DNA from: Myxococcota bacterium
GTDB taxonomy: Bacteria > Myxococcota_A > SURF-8 > G963663525
Reading direction: 5' to 3'
DNA: 45,568 nt
NCBI GenBank assembly: GCA_963676915.2
Contig: CAXXVK010000007.1
Span: 1-45,568, forward strand
Positions 29,483-37,940 of this stretch are shown here, piece by piece. Every line of letters begins with the position of its first letter. The stretch's first letter is position 1. The notes beneath the pieces were generated by a model. It saw nothing but the letters and a program-made list of their open reading frames with translations. It was not told the origin of the DNA and did no database searches. The translations under genes and the position numbers were made by a program.

Positions 29483-32400
29483 TTACTGCTCGACACTCAT
29501 GCAAACCGCCGGAGGGCCGGGATCGCAGGTGCCACCAAACGAAGCGCAATCTTCGCTGGTCTGCCAAGAACCACCGATGCAAATCTCCAAGATATTTCCA
29601 TTACACTGGGTTTCATCCGTGGAACATTCGGTGGGTAGTTCCGTTGATGTGTCGTCTTCCACTTCGATTTCGATTTCCGCTTCCCACTCCTCTTCACCTT
29701 CCTCGACCTCGATTTCGTCGTCCATATCGCCATCGACAGGCACACAATAGGGATCACTCGCGGTGGAGCGCGTCACCGCCATCGGTTGATAGCATTCCAT
29801 TTGCGAGTCGGCGCAGTCCTCGATCACCATCCATTCACCGCTGTTGCACAATTCGATTCGCGTCCCATTGCAGCGCATCTGGCTGTCTTCACAGGGAAAA
29901 ATGATTTCATCCTCGATTTCGTCTTCCATTTCGTTTTCGATCTCTTCTTCGTTTGCGACTTCAGTTTCGTTTTCGATCTCTTCTTCGTTTGCGACTTCAG
30001 TTTCGTTTTCGATCTCTGTCTCATTTGAGACTTCCGCTTCGTCCTCCAGGTCGCCATCGGCAGGCATTTCGCAGTAAGCTCCTCCGCCCTCGGTCACGCA
30101 GACCTGCTCCATGGCGTTGCAGTCCATGTAAAGCGTCCACTTGGTGCCGTCCAGACACTCTTGGGCCTCGTTGTCCATGCAACGATACGCGCCGGACTCG
30201 CAAACGATGGGCAGGCAGTCGGGATAATTCGTGTAACCTTCGGAACATAAACAATCGTAGGTGTCGGTTCCGGTGATTTCGCAGAGATTCCGGTTGTCTT
30301 CGGTGCAGGGATTGGGATTGCAGGCATCGATATATTCCTCGCATACTCCGTCGTAATCCACGTATCCCGTGTTGCAATGGCACTGATACAGTCCTTCACC
30401 CAGAACTTCGCAGAGATTCTGGTTGGTTTCGACACAAGGATTGATCGCGCAGGGATCGACAATGCAGGCCCCCTCGAACTCAATGGTTCCAACATCGCAC
30501 AGGCACTCGTACGTCTCGTCGCTTGTTACTTCACACACCGTCCGGTTGGGTTCCAGACAGGGGTTGGGGTCGCAGGGGTCCGGTTTGCAAATACCCAGTG
30601 CGCCGGGTTGTGTTCCGGAGACCGAGCACTTCGAGCCGGGACAGCACAACGGCATCCCGTAGCCGCAATACTCGGGTTCGGTGCATTCCTCGCAGACGAA
30701 GCACATCGGGGCGGAGTCTCTGTCACAGCACGCCGCATCCGACGTACAAGACGGACAATGGAGGATGCATTCCCCGAAATCTTGATCGCAGACGTATCCC
30801 GCCGGGCAACTGGTCGGGCAGGAATACTCCTGTTCGGGACGGCAGCGGCCATCCTCTTTGCAAACCAGCAGGCCGGGACAATCTTCGTTCAGGCTGCAAT
30901 TCGGGTAACATTCGCCTTTGGAATGAACGGGTGGGATTTCGCAATGCTCTCCCTCTGCACATTCTTCGTCGTTTTCACAGGGATTCAACAACGCATTGTA
31001 AACACAACTCCGATAATTGGGGTCGCTCGAATCTCTGGTACACAGGTAGTTTTCAGGGCAGCCGAAAATCAGACAGTTTTCATCGCAAATTCCCAGTTTG
31101 GACGGGCCGAAGAAGTAGTGACAGAACACTTCGCCTTCGCAATCATAATCATCGTAACATTGCCCGGTTTGCACGATGCGCGTGCATTCCGGGGGATTCT
31201 CGTAGCCGTCCAGGCATTGTTCGCAATAATCTCCGGCCGCTCCTTCCTGGTAACAGTCACAAGTACCGTCTATCGGATCGCATTCCCCCAAACCCTCGCA
31301 AGGGTCCGGGTCGCATAAATCCATGTCTTTACACATATATCCCGTATGGGGACCACAGTCGAAGCCATCCGGGCAACTCGGGCATTCCAAGGCAACGCAT
31401 TCGCCGATATCCGAGCAGACCTGACCTTGTTCGCAGGGCGGGTCGCAGCATTCTCCGCAGGTCCATTCCTCCCCCGATACGAAGTTGCAGCATTGACCGG
31501 CACTGCACAACGGATCGCAGAATTCACAGCGTTCGGTCACTTGATTGCAGATATCGTATTCGCAGCCCAGCTCGGTGCAGTCGTCCAGGCACCAATTGTT
31601 CGGGTCGCAGGACTGGCCTTCGGGACACGTGAATTCTGCGCCGCATTGCACGTAGGAAACGTCCCATTCCTCGAATTCTTCGATGTCGCCATCCGTTTCG
31701 ATCTCGTCCTCCAGATCGTCGTCGGGAACGATATCGACGCATTCGGCCCATTCGCCATAATCCTCGCAAACCCGGTCCGATAACGCACAGTCTTCCTCGA
31801 ACTCCCATTGTCCCATTTCGTTACAGAATTCCGTCGAGCTTTCGTAGCAGCGCATGGTTCCGGGATCGCAAACCGCTTCGGCCATACACAATTTCCATCC
31901 TATGGCGATCAGGCTGGCCGCATCCGGCATGGCAACGACCGGAACCCGGTCGGCGGGAACCACCGAACCGTCCACCAGCGTCAGGGCCAGCACGTCGAGC
32001 GGTCCCGGCGCCATGTCGATCAGGGCGAAACGACCGTCGGTGTTGGTAACCGTTTGAGTCACCGAGGGAAGGAGGTTGCCCATCTCCCCGTTGAAATAGC
32101 TCGATTTTGTGGAACGAACCGATGCCCCCACCGTGGCGTTGCGAATAGCGTAGCGGTTGCAGTCCATCACTTCGCCAACCACCATCGATCGGCCTTCTTC
32201 GATCCCCTGAGCAATGCCTGCCGTGAGGGGATAGAGATCCCAGTCGGTTTCGCTCAAACCCGCCACGAATAGAGGCGCTTCCGAGAGTCCCGCGAACTGT
32301 TCGGAAGAAAGGTAGGTATTGAAAAAGTAGCTTTCCCGGATCGACAGGTCGAGATTGTATACTTTGAACACTAGCCAGCGATCCAAAGGCAGGTTTTCGA

Positions 32401-34906
32401 TGGTAAACGGACAACTTCCGTGCTCTTCGACGGTGGAATTGACCCGGACGACGTTACGCAACGGTTCGGTGAACGTCGTGTTTTCCACGCCGCTTTCGTC
32501 GTATTGCGCGTAGACTTCCACGAAGGCTCCCTCACAAAGCGAAGGATTGCCGATCACGAAAAGTTCGGCGTTACCGGTAATGGTTTCTTCCGTGGCAAGA
32601 TTGTCAACCGGGCGGTCGGTGATACCTTCGACGTTGACGGGAACCGGCTGCTGCTCGTCGTCCACTACCGGACTGTACATGCCTTCCATATCGCCCGATT
32701 CGCTGTTGTAAGTCGCGTTTTCCCAGTACAATTTTCCTTCGGTGATCGGTTCGTCGATGCAGATTCCCATGGAGGTATCGGGCCAATCCAGGTAGCAGTA
32801 TCCTTCCGGGCAATCCGCAGGAACCAGACACAACCCGCTGTCGGAGGGGAAAGATTCCTCTTCCTCGAATTCAACGTCACTTTCTTCATCGCCATCGATG
32901 GGCAGATCCACACAAAGGGCGGACTCTTCCTCGACCTGACAGATTTGATCCGAATCGGTGCAATCCTGAATCACGATCCACGAACCGCCCGTCGAGTCGC
33001 ATTTGACAAGTACGGTTTCCTGGCAATCGGTGACGCCCGGCGTGCAGACTTCGCCTTCCTCTTCCTCGTCGCCATCTATTTCACTGGGTTGCTCGCAGAC
33101 GGCCGCGTCACCGATCAGTACGCAGGGACGGTTGAACTCGGCACAGTCATAGGTGCTTTCCCAGACGGCTCCGTTTTCGGAACAGACTTCGATAACCGAG
33201 CCGGAACAGCGGCTCTGCCCCGAATCGCAAATGACTTCGACTTCTTCTTCAATGTCGCCATCGGAGGGAATGATGGTGTCGCAGTAGGCTTCGTCTTCCG
33301 ACTCGCGGCAGATCATCTGTTGGTCGGAGCATTCCTTCTCGGTGACCCACTCGCTGCCGTCGTCGCTACAACGCTGTACACGGGTCAGCAGGCAGCGCAT
33401 GGCGTCCGGTGTACAGACCTGATCCAGCGTGCAGTCCGGGTAGCCGGAATATCCCAGCGCACACAGTCCGCAATTGGGCCCGGTATAGCCTTCGTTGCAT
33501 TCGCAATCCCCCGTGGTTTCGGCACAGGTTCCATGCTCGTTGCACGTTACCGTTTCACCGACACAATTCCCACTGTCGCAGCGATCGTTGGTGGTGCAGA
33601 GATTGTTGTCATCGCAGCTTGCGAGATTGTCGGACGACCAGTTTTCGGCGTCCAGCGTCGGAGAACAAACGAGGCAGGCGTTGCCTTCCGGAGTGTCGTT
33701 CCGGCTGTAACAGGTCTGATCGATCAGGCAGGCATCGATTTCCAGCCGGTTGACACATTCGCCGTTGAGTGGGTTGCAGAGATCCCGCGTGCAGTCGTAG
33801 TCGTCGGAGCAGTCTTTTTCCGTGTATTTACATGTGGTTCCGTCGAGTTCGTCGGTGGTGCAGGCGTTGAGGTCGTCGCAGTCCGGCGTTTCCGAAACCA
33901 GCCTCACGGTCCAACTTCGATAAACGCCCGGCGCATTGTCGCCGGATTGCAGGGCGATCATCAACACCGCCGCGATGTTGTTGGCCTCGAATTCGGGCGA
34001 CAACACGCTGGAAACCACCACCATGGAACCGTCTTCGTACGAAAACGCATCCGCTTCGATGGTCACGTAACCTTCGAGCATCGGAATACCGAAAATCACG
34101 TTGGCTTTCATATCGGGGAAAACGAATTCCGTATAGATATTCAGGGTGAATCCTTCGCCGGGGGAAAGCGTTTCCGGTCCGTCTATTTCGAGGATCTGCG
34201 GAGCGGCGTCGCTACGGTCGGAGGCCGGTTTGATCGCCGAGGTAAATCTTCCGCCTTCCACGCCCTGAGCCAGTTCCGAAGCGCGCTCCACGATGGGGTC
34301 TAGGTCCGTAACATCGAGTTGCCAAGGCACGAACGCGCCGACGTTGCCTTCCACGTCCTCGAAAGCGAAGTACAGGTTGTAATCTTGCATTCCGCGAAGG
34401 GTTTCATCGACTTCGAGCAATCCGAACAGTTCGGCCCAGAAGCCGTCTTCGTCGTACGATAAATTCACGGGTACCCGCAAATAGCCGTTCATGCCGTCCA
34501 TTTTGATCAGCACGGCTACCACGTCGAAGGTCGGGTCATCGAGAACCTTGGCGAGGATTCGTTTTTCGGCGACAGCTTTCTTCTTTGTTGTCTGCGCCAG
34601 TTTCAACTTGGTGGTGAAGCTTTGGCCAAGTGTAAGCTCGGTTTCAGCCTTCATTTTATCGATTTGAGGAGCTTCGTTGGGGTTGGCGTTGCCTTCGGGC
34701 GCTTCTCCTTCCATCAACGTGCTGCCCTCGAACTTGAGAGACCCGGCCATGCGTTCGTTGAGTGCGTCGGAGATGTTTTCCACGTTGCTCTTGCCGCCTT
34801 TGGAACAGGAAATTCCGGCGGTCAGTATGATCGAGACGAAAACGAGGAGGACACCTCGAAGAATCGTTTTCCCTGTGAATTTATCGGTAAAAGTATTGCA
34901 AAACAT
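29483..34906 (-). CDS. Giant (1807 aa) Cys-rich surface lipoprotein / putative adhesin with EGF-like, laminin-EGF-like and other Cys repeats
   Basis: Lipobox AGIS-C; duplicated N-terminal APQI domain; CDD.N.CTTD repeats; C.PNPC EGF-like repeats; seven 6-Cys modules, six followed by acidic DGD-type linkers; GEVMDC...TNTDGRFALID region. Confidence 0.88.
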   Translation of the reverse strand: MFCNTFTDKFTGKTILRGVLLVFVSIILTAGISCSKGGKSNVENISDALNERMAGSLKFEGSTLMEGEAPEGNANPNEAPQIDKMKAETELTLGQSFTTKLKLAQTTKKKAVAEKRILAKVLDDPTFDVVAVLIKMDGMNGYLRVPVNLSYDEDGFWAELFGLLEVDETLRGMQDYNLYFAFEDVEGNVGAFVPWQLDVTDLDPIVERASELAQGVEGGRFTSAIKPASDRSDAAPQILEIDGPETLSPGEGFTLNIYTEFVFPDMKANVIFGIPMLEGYVTIEADAFSYEDGSMVVVSSVLSPEFEANNIAAVLMIALQSGDNAPGVYRSWTVRLVSETPDCDDLNACTTDELDGTTCKYTEKDCSDDYDCTRDLCNPLNGECVNRLEIDACLIDQTCYSRNDTPEGNACLVCSPTLDAENWSSDNLASCDDNNLCTTNDRCDSGNCVGETVTCNEHGTCAETTGDCECNEGYTGPNCGLCALGYSGYPDCTLDQVCTPDAMRCLLTRVQRCSDDGSEWVTEKECSDQQMICRESEDEAYCDTIIPSDGDIEEEVEVICDSGQSRCSGSVIEVCSENGAVWESTYDCAEFNRPCVLIGDAAVCEQPSEIDGDEEEEGEVCTPGVTDCQETVLVKCDSTGGSWIVIQDCTDSDQICQVEEESALCVDLPIDGDEESDVEFEEEESFPSDSGLCLVPADCPEGYCYLDWPDTSMGICIDEPITEGKLYWENATYNSESGDMEGMYSPVVDDEQQPVPVNVEGITDRPVDNLATEETITGNAELFVIGNPSLCEGAFVEVYAQYDESGVENTTFTEPLRNVVRVNSTVEEHGSCPFTIENLPLDRWLVFKVYNLDLSIRESYFFNTYLSSEQFAGLSEAPLFVAGLSETDWDLYPLTAGIAQGIEEGRSMVVGEVMDCNRYAIRNATVGASVRSTKSSYFNGEMGNLLPSVTQTVTNTDGRFALIDMAPGPLDVLALTLVDGSVVPADRVPVVAMPDAASLIAIGWKLCMAEAVCDPGTMRCYESSTEFCNEMGQWEFEEDCALSDRVCEDYGEWAECVDIVPDDDLEDEIETDGDIEEFEEWDVSYVQCGAEFTCPEGQSCDPNNWCLDDCTELGCEYDICNQVTERCEFCDPLCSAGQCCNFVSGEEWTCGECCDPPCEQGQVCSDIGECVALECPSCPDGFDCGPHTGYMCKDMDLCDPDPCEGLGECDPIDGTCDCYQEGAAGDYCEQCLDGYENPPECTRIVQTGQCYDDYDCEGEVFCHYFFGPSKLGICDENCLIFGCPENYLCTRDSSDPNYRSCVYNALLNPCENDEECAEGEHCEIPPVHSKGECYPNCSLNEDCPGLLVCKEDGRCRPEQEYSCPTSCPAGYVCDQDFGECILHCPSCTSDAACCDRDSAPMCFVCEECTEPEYCGYGMPLCCPGSKCSVSGTQPGALGICKPDPCDPNPCLEPNRTVCEVTSDETYECLCDVGTIEFEGACIVDPCAINPCVETNQNLCEVLGEGLYQCHCNTGYVDYDGVCEEYIDACNPNPCTEDNRNLCEITGTDTYDCLCSEGYTNYPDCLPIVCESGAYRCMDNEAQECLDGTKWTLYMDCNAMEQVCVTEGGGAYCEMPADGDLEDEAEVSNETEIENETEVANEEEIENETEVANEEEIENEMEDEIEDEIIFPCEDSQMRCNGTRIELCNSGEWMVIEDCADSQMECYQPMAVTRSTASDPYCVPVDGDMDDEIEVEEGEEEWEAEIEIEVEDDTSTELPTECSTDETQCNGNILEICIGGSWQTSEDCASFGGTCDPGPPAVCMSVEQ
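29930..30016 (-). repeat. 36-bp in-frame tandem repeat (NETEVANEEEIE), 2 full copies plus a partial copy
   Basis: TTCGTTTTCGATCTCTTCTTCGTTTGCGACTTCAGT repeated directly. Confidence 0.85.
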
Positions 34907-35242
34907 ATCGCCACCTTCAGGTTGGAAAAAGCTGAACCTACGATCAACAAGGGAAGAAAAACCGAAACGTTTCCATTTTATGCCATCATAATGGAACCTT
35001 TAGGTTTTCACAACTCCCGTAAAACGATGGAGAACGCAACGTTAAGTTGGACTGGTTTACTAGACAATTTATTTCAATCCAAATTTCAGAGGATCGAACA
35101 AAGCGGGAAAGCAACATAAGGTAAGAACCGTAATTTTCTTAGCATGGACAATTTATGACAAATCTTCGTAAAATGCCGAAAACCTAAGATATTTCAATAG
35201 GTTGGAGTAATTCTTCAACGGAAGCAACCTTGCCAGCATTTT

Positions 35243-35320
35243 GAGTCGTGAAAATTGTGAAACGAGTGAAAAATCGAGGATTTTCAAGTCACAGCAGGTT
35301 TTCATGAAGGATTCGGGGTA
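35243..35320 (+). mobile_element. MITE-like family-1 copy (diverged)
   Basis: GAAACGAGTGAAAAATCGAGGATTTTCAAGTCACAGCAGGTTTTCATGAA matches 10656-10704. Confidence 0.65.
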
Positions 35321-35454
35321 ATGAGTACTCCGCAGTCAGTCTCGTCGACATGAAAACGGTCAAAGCTTACCTCACGAACTTTTCAGTCCGTGAGGCGATG
35401 TCACCCTGAAACCTCATTTAAGGGATTTTGAAAGTTTTTCGATCGAAAAGGAGC

Positions 35455-37641
35455 TTACTTGCTACTTTCGATTTCCGGCCAGATCGCTTCGCCCTGGACT
35501 TCGCTTTGTCCGTCGTCGCTTTCGAGGCAGGTTTTGAAGAAATGCACCATTTGAGTTCGTGCTTTCAGACCTACATCGGTGTCTCGGGTGATGAAGGTAT
35601 GCCAGTTGCTTTCCGGCTCGAATTGTGTGGCCACCAGACCATAAGCCGGGGCGTCTACCTCCTCGACGAGCGAGACGTTGCGCACCACCGGTTTTACCAA
35701 CTGGAAGCCCCCGGAACGAATCATGTTTTCGGTAACGGGATTGGGTACGGTTTCATCGTTGATCGATTCGATGGCCAGAACGCTCTTGACGGGGAAATCT
35801 TCCGAACGTGGGTTTTGGTAATACTGCAGGTAGCCGATGCCGTCGCCCGGGTACAGTAGGTTCTGGGCCACATTGGAGAACTGGTTGAGTTCGAACTCGG
35901 GCCAGACGAAGGTCATGCCATAGTCTTCCAAGTAGGAAGATACATAGTCGATCAGCCCAGCGCCGCCGACATCCAGGACACCGCATTTCACCCAGGGGCT
36001 GGCGGCCACCACCGGTGCGCCGACGATCGACCCCAGGCTCATGCCGAAGTACATGATGTGATCGGTATCCAGGTCCGGTACGCCGTCTCCGCCTTCCGGC
36101 CAGATGTCGTAATCCCAATTGTGCAGAACGTCGATCAGCCGGTGCAAGTCGATCTGGGATTGCTGGAAACTACCCGCCGCCTGGAGAGGATAGGCCACGT
36201 TGATGAATTCCATCGGCAGGCTCGTAGAGCTGGGCGAGCGTTCGCCGTGGTAGATAAAGTCCATATAAACCACGGCCCAGCCTTCTTTCGTCCATTCGTC
36301 GGTCAGGCTCGATTGCCCTTCCTTGGAGGCGTTCAGGCCGTGCTGGTTGATCACCACCGGATAGGGCTGTTTGGCCGTGTCGGAAGGAAAGACGATTACC
36401 ACAGGTACTTCGATGCTTTCGGTCTGGGTGGGATCGCCGTTTTCATCCTGAACGATCGAGTTCTGAATCAGGCTGTCCTCGGTATCGTTGGGTTGCAAGA
36501 ACCACGGTAATTCCAAGGTCATACGCAAAACCTTACCCACGGACGGATCGCTGAGTTGGCTGCTGAGATTCGGCCAGGGCTGATCCCGGTATTCCTGGTT
36601 GGTGTAGAAGTCCGGTTGTCCGTCATCGTTGGGGTCGAAATTCGGTTCAGCCGCTTGGATGGTCTCGGAGCGAAAGCCTTCTTCCGCAAAAAAGACGTTG
36701 TGGGTGGTGGTCATCGTGGTGAAATCGAAAGCCACAATCCATTCGTCCCGTGTGGTGTCGGTCAATTCTTCGATCCGCGTCAGCACCGGAGCCATTCGGT
36801 CGCGCTCGGCCAACAAAAGATCCCGATTGACCCGGTCGTCCGCAGGGTCGGCCATATCGGCGACGATCTGAAAATCTTCCGATGGTCCCAACTGGTTACC
36901 ATCGGTGTCGGTCCAGCCTTTACGCAGAACGACGGCATATTTGCGCTGTTCCGGCAAAGGATTCGCGGGTCGGAGATACAGGTAAGTGTACTTGTAAACG
37001 GTGGCTTCGTAATTTTCATCGAAGTCCAGCGCTTCCTTGACCGAAGCGAACATCATGTAGCGCGTGCCTGCATCGGGGCTGTTTTCATCGATATCTACCA
37101 CCCAGATGAGGCTGTCGTCCGCGATCGAGGCTTCCGCTGTTTGGGGTGCCATGGAGGCATCCGTATAGCGTGTCAATTCGGCCGAAATTCCGCCGTAGCC
37201 GCTGAAGCCGTCGAGATGATTCAACGATTCCTGGTAGCCGTCGAACATATATAGACCGGAATCGATGAGGTTGGTATTGAATATGTCAGCCGTAAAATCA
37301 AGGGGATAGTCCACCATATTCAGGCGCAGACCGGTTTTGGTGGTCGGATCCTCTCTGGTGAAGTAATCATAGGGATAGGGCAGGTGGTTGGCTCGTTTAG
37401 TATTGTCCGCTGTCGCCGGACCTACGAGACTGTAGACCGCTTTTTGCGGATAGGCCACCACGTTCCGGGAATCGTCGGTTTCCGTTTCAACCGCTTCCGT
37501 ATCGCCAACGGGGGTGATGTTGAGCACGCCGATATCCGTTCCCGGATTGCAGGCCATGCACCAACCCAAAATAACCACGCCCCCCAGCGCAACCACAAGC
37601 TTATTAAACGAACGTTTCACCTTACGAATCCTCCCGGCCAT
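35455..37641 (-). CDS. Lipoprotein alpha/beta-hydrolase (Pla-1/Lipase_bact_N-like lipase or esterase)
   Basis: Lipobox WCMA-C; PYPYD..TGLRL, LNHLDGFS, LRPANPL N-domain; INQHGL, DF..HGER, nucleophile elbow GMSLG; DETVPN and a C-terminal His. Confidence 0.82.
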   Translation of the reverse strand: MAGRIRKVKRSFNKLVVALGGVVILGWCMACNPGTDIGVLNITPVGDTEAVETETDDSRNVVAYPQKAVYSLVGPATADNTKRANHLPYPYDYFTREDPTTKTGLRLNMVDYPLDFTADIFNTNLIDSGLYMFDGYQESLNHLDGFSGYGGISAELTRYTDASMAPQTAEASIADDSLIWVVDIDENSPDAGTRYMMFASVKEALDFDENYEATVYKYTYLYLRPANPLPEQRKYAVVLRKGWTDTDGNQLGPSEDFQIVADMADPADDRVNRDLLLAERDRMAPVLTRIEELTDTTRDEWIVAFDFTTMTTTHNVFFAEEGFRSETIQAAEPNFDPNDDGQPDFYTNQEYRDQPWPNLSSQLSDPSVGKVLRMTLELPWFLQPNDTEDSLIQNSIVQDENGDPTQTESIEVPVVIVFPSDTAKQPYPVVINQHGLNASKEGQSSLTDEWTKEGWAVVYMDFIYHGERSPSSTSLPMEFINVAYPLQAAGSFQQSQIDLHRLIDVLHNWDYDIWPEGGDGVPDLDTDHIMYFGMSLGSIVGAPVVAASPWVKCGVLDVGGAGLIDYVSSYLEDYGMTFVWPEFELNQFSNVAQNLLYPGDGIGYLQYYQNPRSEDFPVKSVLAIESINDETVPNPVTENMIRSGGFQLVKPVVRNVSLVEEVDAPAYGLVATQFEPESNWHTFITRDTDVGLKARTQMVHFFKTCLESDDGQSEVQGEAIWPEIESSK

Positions 37642-37940
37642 CGGCCCAATTGCATCGATGATCCCAATTACGAAACTCTTTGTACTGGAATAACAGGGAT
37701 TTCGCCAGTGCAAAATACCTTTAAAGATGGTCTAAAATATCCATATACATATTGAAATGTTCATCATCGTAGACGGATTCACGTTCGATTCTCACAATGG
37801 GGTCCATTTTCAAGGCATTATTCCGTGATCTTTTCCACGGTGTCTCTTCGAAATTCTTACTATTGCTCTCTACGAGCGAAATCGTATAAGATGAATTTTT
37901 CGTTTCAGTATCGAGGATTTTCGAATCTGGGAGAGACATC

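Noticed and set aside
32420-34303. 627-aa plus-strand ORF and similar long antisense ORFs (23654-24886, 40295-41599, 17788-18903, 5354-6502)
   Set aside because: Shadow ORFs opposite well-supported genes in GC-rich DNA, with no recognisable motifs.
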